From an uncultured Syntrophobacteraceae bacterium (lineage in GTDB: Bacteria; Desulfobacterota; Syntrophobacteria; Syntrophobacterales; Syntrophobacteraceae), in assembly GCA_964654275.1 (NCBI GenBank), contig CAZZHS010000003.1, forward strand, positions 95,688 through 159,687: a stretch of DNA of 64,000 nt, given 5' to 3'. The notes below the pieces were generated by a model that ran no database searches, was not told where the DNA came from, and was given only the letters and a program-made list of their open reading frames with translations. Below are positions 19,263 to 30,667 of the stretch, in pieces. The position numbers and the translations under genes are program-made. Position 1 is the first letter of the stretch, and each line of letters opens with the position of its first letter.

Positions 19263-19683
19263 AAATCGCAGAGCTCCTATTTAAGTGCGACTGGAATGTT
19301 CTGCCCCATGCGATCGGGTGGGAGAACATTCAGTGAAAATTATTCAAGCCCGGACATTTGGATGCCGATGGTGGGCTCATGAGAACCGTGCGAACATTTC
19401 TGCTGAAACCCATAAAGCGGGGTATGAACACAATCTCCCGCCGCACCGTCCCGTTTGGTCCGCTGCCGGTTTTGAGAAGCGGACCAGGCCATGAAAGCGT
19501 ACCGGGGAGATAAATTTTGAAGGTCAAATCTGGGCCGAACAGGCGTTCGCTGCTTCCCCAGGAACGAGCCGGCCGGCCCGCTGACGCCTTGCCCGCTTGG
19601 TCATCGGGAACTGGGCGTTCGGGGAGGCGGTTGCCCGTGTGGAGAGAAAACAGGAATCCCTCGAAGGGAGTCAGACCGAAATC

Positions 19684-20523
19684 ATGACGCAAAATGTTGC
19701 AGAGAAAATAGTCCTGACGACCACCGATCTTCCGACGATGCCTCATGTGGCCAACCTGGCCATGCAGAGGCTCTCCGATCCCGAGGTGTCCCCCGCGGAA
19801 CTCCAGGAGATCATTTCCAAAGATCAGGCCCTTGCCGCTCGTCTTCTTCGCATTGCCAATTCTTCGTGCTATGCCAGGCGCAGAGTCGTCAAAACCATCA
19901 ATGAAGTGGTCGTGACCATCGGCCTCAATACCATCAAATCCATCCTCATTTCCTGTGCCATGCACGATTTTTTCAAATCATTCGGCCTGGCTGAAAAATT
20001 CATCTGGGAGCATTCGCTGGGGAATGCACTCATTTGCAGGATGATCGCACAAAAAACAAAATACCCGAAAATAGAGGAGGCATTTCTAGCAGGACTGCTT
20101 CACGATGTGGGCAAGGTGGTCATGTACATCAAAATACCCAAGAAGATGCTCCTGATCTTTCAGGAGGTGTATCACAATCCCGAAATCCCCTTCGTTTACA
20201 TCGAAAAGAAGCTTCTGGGATTCACCCACGCACAGGTCGGGGGCATGGTGGCGAAGAAGTGGAATTTTCACCTGGACATTGTGGAGGCCATCGCATTTCA
20301 CCATCAACCCAATCACGCAAAGATCAACCCGCTCCTCTCCCACATCGTCGCCATGGCCGATGCACTCTCACACAAGCTGGGCATCGGTTTCGTCAACCGC
20401 CCGGACCTCAACCTTTCTTCCCTCTCCAGCGCACAGGCGCTCCAGCTCGATGGCCTGGCTCTCAATGAACTGTCTGAAGGAATTCAGGAAGTGTTCGAAT
20501 CTGAAAAAGGGATCTTTGCATGA
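19684..20523 (+). CDS. Stand-alone HDOD domain protein (second paralog)
   Basis: LPTMPHVANLAMQRLSDPEVS, DQALAARLLRIANSSCY, GLLHDVGK and FHH are HDOD features. Start at the ATG at 19684. The track ORF starts at 19597. Confidence 0.8.
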   Translation: MTQNVAEKIVLTTTDLPTMPHVANLAMQRLSDPEVSPAELQEIISKDQALAARLLRIANSSCYARRRVVKTINEVVVTIGLNTIKSILISCAMHDFFKSFGLAEKFIWEHSLGNALICRMIAQKTKYPKIEEAFLAGLLHDVGKVVMYIKIPKKMLLIFQEVYHNPEIPFVYIEKKLLGFTHAQVGGMVAKKWNFHLDIVEAIAFHHQPNHAKINPLLSHIVAMADALSHKLGIGFVNRPDLNLSSLSSAQALQLDGLALNELSEGIQEVFESEKGIFA

Positions 20524-20555
20524 CAAGCGTTGGTAAATGATGTGGCGCCGGAATT

Positions 20556-23024
20556 TTGAGACGCCACCCTTTTCCAGAGGCTGACCTCATGGTTGAGCGA
20601 AATGGCATATTTTGTACCCATGGTTCTCCGTTGGTGAGCGATGAACCCCACTGGGGCTCCGCATTGGTTCGGGAGAATTCCAGTGGAGAGCCTTGTCTGC
20701 CGCATCGGGAGGATTGCGGATCAGGACTGGTCGAGTCACTTCGCAGACAGACACCCATGGGTTATCAGTCTCTTGATGCGGCAGGCCGGCTTCAGGACGT
20801 CAATGAAGCATGGCTGAAACTCCTGGGTTACGAAACCAGAGAAGATGTGCTTGGGCGGCCTTTTGAAGACTTTCTCTCCGAATCCTCACGACGGGTTTTT
20901 CAGGAACGTTTCGGCTGTTTCAAGAGCATCGGTCACTTCAATGACCAGGATTTTGAAATGGTCCGTAAGGACGGTGCAACTATTTTCGCACTTTCCCATG
21001 GGCATGTTGCTCGCGGTGAGACGGGACAGCTTCTTCAGATGCACTGTCTCCTGCAGGATGTGACCGAACGCCTTCGCGCGGATGAAAGACTCGGTGAGAG
21101 CGAAGAGCTCTTCCGCACGGCTTTCGAGTTTGCTCCCATCGGGATGGCTCTCTTGGGAATCGATGGGCATTTTCTCCAGGTAAACCTGGAACTTTGCCGC
21201 ATCCTCGGATACACCATGGAAGAGATCCTTGCGAAGACCTACGACGATGTCTGCCGCCCCGTAAACACGGAAAAAAGTACTGAAGCCTTTGGGGAGATGC
21301 TCTCCGGAAAAATCTGCACCACTCAGTTGGAAAACCTCTGCGTTCACAAGGAAGGCCATGAGCTCTGGGTGATCGTCAATGCATCCGTGGTGAGAAGTGG
21401 CACCGGGATTCCTCTCCATTTCATCATGCAGTTTCGGGACATCACGGACAGCAGGCGCACTGAGCAGGAACGGACACTGCTGACGGCGGCCTGTGAGCAG
21501 ATCGCTGAGGGACTGGCCATCCTGAACCTTGGGGGTGTGATCCACTTCGTGAATCCGGCCTTCGAACAACTTACCGGAGTTTCCCCAGGAACGGCGGTCG
21601 GATGCAGCTGGAGTCAGCTGAACATTGGCAGGATCAATGCGCGACACTCCAGGGAAATGTGGACCTGCCTTGCGCAGGGAGAAGCCTGGACGGGCCGAAT
21701 GGTCCTTGAGAGGGCCGGTGAGGAATCGTTGGAACTGGAGACGAACGCTTCCCCGATCCGCGATGCATCGGGAGCGATCACGCATTGCGCGCTCATCCTT
21801 CGTGATGTTACCCAAGAGCGAAAAATGGAGCTGCATCTTCGCCAGGCCCACAAGATGGAGGCCATCGGGACGCTGGCTGGAGGCATCGCTCATGATTTCA
21901 ACAACATCCTGGCCGCGATTCTGGGATACACCGAACTCGCGCAGATGAAGGCTCAGGGAAACAGAGCGCTGCAGCAAAATCTCGATCAGGTTTTCAAGGC
22001 AGCCAACCGGGCTCGAGACTTGGTGAAGCAGATCCTCACCTTCAGCCGTAAACGGGAAGAGCCTCTCAAACCCCTCGAAATCGGCATTGTGGTCAAGGAA
22101 GTGCTCAAGCTGCTCCGTGCTTCGCTGCCCGCGACCATCGAAATTCGCCCAAGAATCCATAGTAAAAGTTGCGTTGCCGCCGACCCAACCCAAATTCATC
22201 AAGTCATCATGAATTTGTGTACCAATGCCGCTCATGCCATGAAAGAGCGGGGGGGCGTCCTGACACTCACCCTGGAGGATGTGGCCTTCCAGTCACCCGA
22301 ACTGGCGGGATACGGCGGAGTGGAAGCGGGCGATTACGTGCTGCTGACCGTGAGCGACACGGGCCACGGAATGAGTGAGGATGTGCTCCGTCGAGTGTTT
22401 GATCCTTTTTTCACCACGAAGGGGCCCGGTGAGGGTACGGGGATGGGGCTCGCGGTCGTTCATGGAATTGTGCAGAGTCATCGGGGCGCCCTGAGCGTGG
22501 AGAGCGAACTGGGGAAAGGCACGACCTTCCGGATTCTCTTTCCAAGATGTGAAGCATTGTTTCAAGAAAACCCCCGGCGGGACCAGTCGGAAGTCATCGA
22601 GGGGGGAAGCGAGTCCATCCTGGTGGTGGACGACGAACAGGCCCTTTTGGAATCCGTCAAACAAATGTTGACCCTTTTGGGGTATAATGTCACCGTGAGC
22701 GCGACGGGCGAGGAAGCGTATCGCCTCTTCAAAAAAAATCCCTCGGGATTCGATCTGCTCCTCACCGACCAGACCATGCCCGGCCTGACCGGCGTAGAGC
22801 TGGCGCAGCTCTTTTTTTCAGTTCGAGAGGACCTGCCGGTCATCTTGTGCAGCGGATACAGCAACGCAATGGAGCTGGAGCGCCATCCGGGTCACGCCAT
22901 CAAAGTCTTTCTCAGCAAACCCGTGCTCATGGAGGATCTTTCCTCGGCTGTGCGCCGGGCGTTGAACAAGGAATCCGCGGCGGACCGAATGGATCAGGAC
23001 TCCGACCTCTCAAGACCCTGGTGA
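20556..23024 (+). CDS. PAS-domain hybrid sensor histidine kinase / response regulator
   Basis: Several PAS-like segments. HisKA box LAGGIAHDFNNILAAILGYTELA. HATPase motifs NLCTNAAHAM, DTGHGM and GTGMGLAVV. C-terminal receiver ILVVDDEQALL, LLLTDQTMPGLTG. The start is uncertain: TTG at 20556 or ATG at 20757. Confidence 0.85.
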   Translation: MRRHPFPEADLMVERNGIFCTHGSPLVSDEPHWGSALVRENSSGEPCLPHREDCGSGLVESLRRQTPMGYQSLDAAGRLQDVNEAWLKLLGYETREDVLGRPFEDFLSESSRRVFQERFGCFKSIGHFNDQDFEMVRKDGATIFALSHGHVARGETGQLLQMHCLLQDVTERLRADERLGESEELFRTAFEFAPIGMALLGIDGHFLQVNLELCRILGYTMEEILAKTYDDVCRPVNTEKSTEAFGEMLSGKICTTQLENLCVHKEGHELWVIVNASVVRSGTGIPLHFIMQFRDITDSRRTEQERTLLTAACEQIAEGLAILNLGGVIHFVNPAFEQLTGVSPGTAVGCSWSQLNIGRINARHSREMWTCLAQGEAWTGRMVLERAGEESLELETNASPIRDASGAITHCALILRDVTQERKMELHLRQAHKMEAIGTLAGGIAHDFNNILAAILGYTELAQMKAQGNRALQQNLDQVFKAANRARDLVKQILTFSRKREEPLKPLEIGIVVKEVLKLLRASLPATIEIRPRIHSKSCVAADPTQIHQVIMNLCTNAAHAMKERGGVLTLTLEDVAFQSPELAGYGGVEAGDYVLLTVSDTGHGMSEDVLRRVFDPFFTTKGPGEGTGMGLAVVHGIVQSHRGALSVESELGKGTTFRILFPRCEALFQENPRRDQSEVIEGGSESILVVDDEQALLESVKQMLTLLGYNVTVSATGEEAYRLFKKNPSGFDLLLTDQTMPGLTGVELAQLFFSVREDLPVILCSGYSNAMELERHPGHAIKVFLSKPVLMEDLSSAVRRALNKESAADRMDQDSDLSRPW

Positions 23025-23038
23025 GGAAAACTGCATTC

Positions 23039-23371
23039 ATGAAGCAATATGTCATCGATCAACTGAGAGAAACCGATCACAAGCTTATTCACGAATATCT
23101 GCAGAAGCACGGAGAAACAACGTCTCTGAGGGAGATTTTCTGGATCTCTTTGCCCGAAGAGCTCTACTCAGCCACGCAGAAAGAGCACAAGGCGTGCCAC
23201 CCCTATTATTTTGCGGTGAACCTCTCCTGGACCCAGGCCGCCTTCGAATTCCTCATAAGAAGCCGCCAAATCATGCGTTGCGCGTGCATCGGCTACGCCT
23301 CTCGAGAGCAGCGTGACCACATCATGGGCTTCGCGGACGACATGCTCGAAACGTTGGGCATCAAAGTCTGA
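23039..23371 (+). CDS. Hypothetical protein (110 aa)
   Basis: MKQYVIDQLRETDHKLIHEYLQKHGE... has coding-like composition and four Cys (one CAC pair). It starts 12 nt after the kinase stop and ends 34 nt before the next gene. Family not recognised. Confidence 0.5.
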   Translation: MKQYVIDQLRETDHKLIHEYLQKHGETTSLREIFWISLPEELYSATQKEHKACHPYYFAVNLSWTQAAFEFLIRSRQIMRCACIGYASREQRDHIMGFADDMLETLGIKV

Positions 23372-23405
23372 GCCCCGTGCGGGGCGGTCCGGCAGGGAAC
23401 AGTCC

Positions 23406-24335
23406 ATGCACCGCGAAGAGAAAGAAATGCGGGGAGTCGCACAGTCCTTTGGGGCCGCCTCGCAGCCCTATCTCATGGCAACCGAATTTCCATGGTTTGC
23501 GGCCTGGGATGAAGTTTTTGGAGGAAAGGAAGTTCTGGCGGTGGGCGGCAGCGGCGATGTCCCGTTCTATTTCGCCCAGGAAGGTGCGGCCCGCGTCTTG
23601 GCCGTGGATGTCTCGCTGCACGCCTGTTTTCTGATCCGGCTGAAAAGAGCATGCCTTCAGGAACTGGGCTGGCGGGATTTCCTGAGTTTCTTCCTGTCCG
23701 ATATTCCCGCTGCATCGGACTTTCTGAAGGGGAGAGGCGTTCCTTCGCACCTGGATGGCGCGAGCCGGGGAATCCTGCTCGAACGTCTGAAGCACCGCTT
23801 GAGAAAGCCTTGCTGCAAATACTGGGAGAGGCAGCTGCAGGACGCTGCCGAGCACCTCTCTCCTTTTGCACATTTTCTTCGCGCCACAGATCTGTGCGGT
23901 TTGCACCTCATTCCCTGTATGAGCGATCCCGGTGCCTATGGGCGATGGCGTGAAGCGGCCTCAAAGGTGCAGGTTCTGAATCTCTCTCTCGATGTGGCTC
24001 TGAAGCGTCTCGAGGGGCCCTGGGACCTCATTTACGCGTCAAACATATTTGAATACCTGGAAATGGATCACGTTCTGCGAGACAGGCTGAGAGACTACGA
24101 GGCGTATGTGAGTGCATTTGCCCGCAGGGCGCATAAATCCCTGCAAAGGATGGGAAAGCTCTGCTGGTATGCGTATGAGAACCGGGATTCTGTGCACTTT
24201 CGGAAAAGATTGGAACGCTTGAGGTCCCTTTTCGGCGACAGGTGGGCGGTCTCCACCCGCGCGATCGAATACGGGCTCCCCAAAATCTCCCAGACACGAT
24301 TCAGGAACACGCTGATCGTTTTTGAAAAATGCTGA
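23406..24335 (+). CDS. DUF3419 / BtaA-like SAM-dependent transferase family protein
   Basis: VLAVGGSGDVPFYFAQEGAARVLAVDVSLHACFLIRLKRACLQELGWRDFLSFF resembles the N-terminal SAM-binding and Leu-Lys-rich signature of DUF3419 (BtaA-like) proteins. At 309 aa it is shorter than characterised BtaA. Confidence 0.55.
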   Translation: MHREEKEMRGVAQSFGAASQPYLMATEFPWFAAWDEVFGGKEVLAVGGSGDVPFYFAQEGAARVLAVDVSLHACFLIRLKRACLQELGWRDFLSFFLSDIPAASDFLKGRGVPSHLDGASRGILLERLKHRLRKPCCKYWERQLQDAAEHLSPFAHFLRATDLCGLHLIPCMSDPGAYGRWREAASKVQVLNLSLDVALKRLEGPWDLIYASNIFEYLEMDHVLRDRLRDYEAYVSAFARRAHKSLQRMGKLCWYAYENRDSVHFRKRLERLRSLFGDRWAVSTRAIEYGLPKISQTRFRNTLIVFEKC

Positions 24336-24523
24336 GGGGTTTCAGCCCGGTGAAGGTTTGCCGCTGCCTTTTGCCGTGCTGAGGGGCGGCATTTTGCTGG
24401 CCGAACGCGATGCCCAAACAACTTTACCGAGCAGGGCTCCCCCGGGAAGCGTGTCGGCTTGTGGGTGAAAGGGCCCCGGGAGCACCGGCTTGGAGGGTAC
24501 CGCTCCCGACTGCTTGAGGTCGT

Positions 24524-25588
24524 TCACGATCTAGGGGGCTTGGTTGAAAGTGACGGGTGAAGGAGGAAATCTGCGAGCACCAGGAGCATCATGGCCTCGC
24601 AAACGGGGATGATGCGGGGAATGGCTGAAACATCGTGGCGCCCTTCCACTTTCAGGGTTGTGGGCGTGCCGTCTCTCGTCACCGTCTGCTGTTCGATGGC
24701 TATGGACGGGATGGGTTTGACGGCCACCCTGCAGACAATGTCCATTCCCGTGGAGAGGCCTCCCAGGATGCCCCCCGCATGATTGCTGGCGTAGCCTGAC
24801 GGGTTGATGGGGTCGTTGTTCTCACTGCCGAGCATGCGCGCTGAACGAAAACCCGAACCGATTTCCACGCCCTTGACGGCCCCGATGGACATGAGCGCGC
24901 CGGCCAGGCGAGCGTCCAGCTTGTCGAAGACCGGCTCACCGAGACCGGGAGGACATCCTCCTGCGCACACTTCCACAATACCGCCCACCGAATCGCCCAG
25001 GTGTTTGACCTCCAGGAGTCGCGCTTCCATGGCTGCCGCAGCCGCCGGATCCGCGCACAGAAGCGGATTTTCCTCAATGGTTTCCCAGTGAAGCGCCCGG
25101 GCTGCAACCCCCCCCAGTTCCACTGTGTGGGCCTTTACCCAGATGCCCCGCTCCTGGAGAAACTTTCGGGCCACCGCTCCTGCAGCCACGCGCGCAGCCG
25201 TCTCACGAGCGGAACTCCTCCCGCCGCCCCGCCAGTCTCTGAGGCCGTATTTCTGCTCATAGGTCCTGTCTGCGTGACCTGGGCGGTACACGTCGGCGAG
25301 ACGCGAGTAATCGCGGCTTCGGACATCCGTGTTGTGGATGATCAAACTGATGGGGGTTCCCGTGGTCAGCCCCTCGAAGGTGCCCGATAGGATTTGAACC
25401 CGGTCTTTTTCTTTTCGGGGCGAGCTCAGTCTGCCGCCGGGCTTTCGCCGGTCGAGATCCCTCTGGATGTCTTCTTCTGCGAGAGGCAGCCCCGAAGGAC
25501 ACCCTTCGATGACGACACCCAGCGCAGGGCCATGGGATTCCCCCCACGTGGTGATTCTGAAAAGCCGTCCGAAATGACTCCCTGGCAT
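24524..25588 (-). CDS. aroC: Chorismate synthase
   Basis: GRLFRITTWGESHGPALGVVIEGCPSG, RPGHAD and GGGRSSARET are chorismate synthase signatures. Confidence 0.95.
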   Translation of the reverse strand: MPGSHFGRLFRITTWGESHGPALGVVIEGCPSGLPLAEEDIQRDLDRRKPGGRLSSPRKEKDRVQILSGTFEGLTTGTPISLIIHNTDVRSRDYSRLADVYRPGHADRTYEQKYGLRDWRGGGRSSARETAARVAAGAVARKFLQERGIWVKAHTVELGGVAARALHWETIEENPLLCADPAAAAAMEARLLEVKHLGDSVGGIVEVCAGGCPPGLGEPVFDKLDARLAGALMSIGAVKGVEIGSGFRSARMLGSENNDPINPSGYASNHAGGILGGLSTGMDIVCRVAVKPIPSIAIEQQTVTRDGTPTTLKVEGRHDVSAIPRIIPVCEAMMLLVLADFLLHPSLSTKPPRS

Positions 25589-25717
25589 GGTCTCGATTCC
25601 TCGTTGGTGCGACCGGGATGCCTGATCGCTCCTCTCACGTTCCTTTATGTCACGGGCGCACAGTCAGGGCCGGTGGGTCCGGAAGGGAAAAGCCCTGTGG
25701 CGCGCGGTTCCGCAAGC

Positions 25718-25745
25718 TTGACACAACCGCTTTAAACGTTAAACT
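25718..25745 (+). promoter_or_regulatory. Sigma70-like promoter upstream of clpS
   Basis: TTGACA-N16-TAAACT, about 65 nt upstream of the clpS ATG. Confidence 0.4.
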
Positions 25746-25809
25746 TGTATATGAATTTTAGGGGAATGACAACAGGCAAGACTTCGGTGGGTTGAAGGGA
25801 GGGTCGACG

Positions 25810-26124
25810 ATGAGTGAGCATCGTCCTGATTTCGGCGAGGAGCTCGAATCCAATCTGGAGGAGGAACTGGAAGAACCTCCCATGTTCAAGGTGCTCCTGC
25901 ACAATGACGATTACACGACGATGGAATTCGTTGTGGAAATCCTGCAAACGGTCTTTCACAAGTCCCCGTCCGAAGCCACACAGATCATGTTGCTCGTTCA
26001 CAAGAACGGCACGGGCGTCTGCGGCATCTTCACCGCGGAAATCGCCGAAACCAAGGTTCAACTGGTACTTCATCTGGCGCGAAAAAAGGGATTTCCGCTT
26101 CAGTGCAGCATGGAAGAGGCCTAA
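25810..26124 (+). CDS. clpS: ATP-dependent Clp protease adaptor ClpS
   Basis: [27 protein letters not shown] ... [17 protein letters not shown] is the ClpS core. Start at the ATG at 25810 after GGGAGGGTCGACG. Confidence 0.9.
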   Translation: MSEHRPDFGEELESNLEEELEEPPMFKVLLHNDDYTTMEFVVEILQTVFHKSPSEATQIMLLVHKNGTGVCGIFTAEIAETKVQLVLHLARKKGFPLQCSMEEA

Positions 26125-28437
<2,313 letters not shown>

Positions 28438-28480
28438 GGGTGCACACCCCGGGTCCTGCTCCCGGGTGTGCGGATGAATC

Positions 28481-29188
28481 ATGCCGGTATTTCGCCTCAC
28501 TCGAGCCAATGTGTTTCCCCCCATTGATCTCGCAGACCCCGACGGACTGCTGGCCGTGGGAGGGGATCTCTCTCCGGAACGCCTCCTCCTGGCTTACCGT
28601 TTGGGCATCTTCCCATGGTACTCGCATCGCATGCCCATACTCTGGTGGTCCCCCGATCCTCGACTGGTCCTCTTTCCCCACGAACTGAAAATCACCGGGA
28701 GTCTCGCCCGCATCCTGAGAAAAGGAACCTTCACGGTGACGTTCGACCGTGCGTTTTCCGCCGTCATTCGTGAGTGTGCCGTGGTCAGACTGGAAAGGGG
28801 TGAAGAGACCTGGCTGTCTCCCGAGATGGTGGAGGCGTACCTGCACTTGCACCGTCTGGGGCACGCTCATTCGGTCGAAACCTGGCATGGGCGGCATCTT
28901 GTGGGCGGACTCTATGGGGTAAGCCTGGGAAAGGTCTTTTTCGGAGAATCCATGTTCACCCGCATGTCCAATGCCTCCAAAGTCGCCCTGGTTCACCTGG
29001 TGGACGCCCTGAAACGCATGAATTTCGAGCTCATTGACTGCCAGGTCACCACGACGCATCTGCTGTCTTTGGGGGCGCGGGAAATTCCACGCCGCCGATT
29101 CCTGCGTCTTTTGGAGCAGGCCGTGAGCTCAAGCGACTTTCCGGTGGATTGGAGTAACCTGGGCTCCTATACTGGACGCAACGGCTGA
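28481..29188 (+). CDS. aat: Leucyl/phenylalanyl-tRNA--protein transferase
   Basis: FPPIDLADPDGLLAVGGDLSPERLLLAYRLGIFPWYS ... WWSPDPR ... GESMF matches the Aat family. Confidence 0.9.
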   Translation: MPVFRLTRANVFPPIDLADPDGLLAVGGDLSPERLLLAYRLGIFPWYSHRMPILWWSPDPRLVLFPHELKITGSLARILRKGTFTVTFDRAFSAVIRECAVVRLERGEETWLSPEMVEAYLHLHRLGHAHSVETWHGRHLVGGLYGVSLGKVFFGESMFTRMSNASKVALVHLVDALKRMNFELIDCQVTTTHLLSLGAREIPRRRFLRLLEQAVSSSDFPVDWSNLGSYTGRNG

Positions 29189-29266
29189 ATTCGCCCTTTA
29201 ACAAATGTCGAGCCCATCGGGCCAATTTGATTTCTATAGATTGACTCCAGCTGAAGGGAGCCGGCA

Positions 29267-30607
29267 ATGGTGAATGTGGTCCTCATGGGTGCTGCAGGAA
29301 GAGATTTCCACAATTTCAACATGGTCTTCCGGGACAATCCCCGATACCGGGTCGTCGCATTCACCGCGGCTCAAATTCCGGAAATCGAGGGGCGGATCTA
29401 TCCCCGCGAGCTCGCCGGGCCTCTTTACCCTCAGGGAATTCCTATCGTCTCCGAGGATGAACTTCCCGGGCTGCTCCGCGACCATGCTGTGGATCTGGTT
29501 GTGTTTTGCTACAGCGATGTCTCTCACGTGGAGGTCATGCACCGGGCCTCCCTGGTCATGGCTCAGGGCGCACACTTCCTGCTCATGGGAGCCTCACGCA
29601 CCATGCTCAGAAGCCAAAAGCCCGTGGTGGCCGTTTGCGCAGTGAGAACAGGGTGCGGCAAATCCCCCACCACGCGCAAGCTCTGCACCATCCTGGAAAA
29701 GTATGGCAAGAAACCCGTGGCGGTGCGACACCCCATGCCCTATGGAGACCTCCTGCGACAGGCGGTGCAGCGTTTCTCGTCCTATGAAGACTTCGTCACA
29801 CATCACTGCACCATCGAAGAGAGAGAAGAATATGAACCCCTCGTGGACATGGGGGTGACCGTTTATGCGGGGGTCGACTACCGCGAGATCCTCAAGCGCG
29901 CGGAAGAGGAGGGCGACGTCATCATTTGGGATGGGGGAAACAATGACACACCTTTTTTTGCGCCCCAGGTGCACATCGTGCTTTTTGATCCGCACAGGGC
30001 AGGGCACGAACGGCTTTATTATCCCGGTGAAACCAACCTGCTCATGGCGGATGTGGCGCTCATCAATAAAATGGACACAGCCGATCCTGAGCGCGTGAGG
30101 GAGATTCTTGAAAATATTCAAAGTTTTGCTCCTGGGGCAGACGTGGTCCTGGCCACTTCGCCGGTGAGCGTGGAGAATCCAGAGAGAATCAGGGGAAAGA
30201 GGGTTTTGGTGGTGGAGGATGGCCCCACACTGACCCATGGAGGCATGTCCCTGGGAGCGGGAACCATCGCCGCACAGAAATACGGAGCCGCAGAACTGGT
30301 CGATCCCCACCCTTTTGCCAAGGGATCCATCCGGGAAGTCCTCAGGCTGCACCCCCACATTCAGCGCCAGCTCCCTGCCATGGGCTACAGCGACCACCAG
30401 ATTGAAGACCTCCGACAAACCATCGATGCCAGCGATTGCGATCTGGTTCTCCTTGGAACCCCGAGTCATCTGACGCGCCTTCTCACGATCCGGAAACCCT
30501 CCATGGCCGTCACTTATGAATACGCAGACCACGGGGAACCTACTCTGGAGCAGGTCCTGATTCGCCGGCTTCATTCCCGGGGCGTTTCTCTCAAACAGAC
30601 ATGCTGA
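29267..30607 (+). CDS. COG2403-type P-loop protein (cyclic 2,3-diphosphoglycerate synthetase-like / predicted GTPase family)
   Basis: 446 aa. N-terminal Rossmann-like VVLMGAAGRDFHNFN. Central P-loop CAVRTGCGKSPTTRKL. The overall layout resembles archaeal cDPG synthetase homologs. Called from memory of the family, with no search. Confidence 0.6.
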   Translation: MVNVVLMGAAGRDFHNFNMVFRDNPRYRVVAFTAAQIPEIEGRIYPRELAGPLYPQGIPIVSEDELPGLLRDHAVDLVVFCYSDVSHVEVMHRASLVMAQGAHFLLMGASRTMLRSQKPVVAVCAVRTGCGKSPTTRKLCTILEKYGKKPVAVRHPMPYGDLLRQAVQRFSSYEDFVTHHCTIEEREEYEPLVDMGVTVYAGVDYREILKRAEEEGDVIIWDGGNNDTPFFAPQVHIVLFDPHRAGHERLYYPGETNLLMADVALINKMDTADPERVREILENIQSFAPGADVVLATSPVSVENPERIRGKRVLVVEDGPTLTHGGMSLGAGTIAAQKYGAAELVDPHPFAKGSIREVLRLHPHIQRQLPAMGYSDHQIEDLRQTIDASDCDLVLLGTPSHLTRLLTIRKPSMAVTYEYADHGEPTLEQVLIRRLHSRGVSLKQTC

Positions 30608-30667
30608 AAAGGAGAAAAACAAACGATGATCGGTGAGTCCAGGAACGAAGAAGAAAAGCTTTCGGGG

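Noticed and set aside
19263-19683. c-di-GMP riboswitch upstream of the HDOD gene
   Set aside because: I looked for GEMM-type conserved elements (GGCAAACC and GACGCAAAGC-like strings, tetraloop-receptor layout) and found none.
20886-22235. 449-aa minus-strand ORF antisense to the PAS hybrid kinase (likewise 32724..33791 and 34251..35408 antisense to the second kinase and the HD-GYP regulator)
   Set aside because: The sense strands carry complete HisKA/HATPase/REC or HD-GYP motif sets. The antisense translations have no motifs and biased composition.
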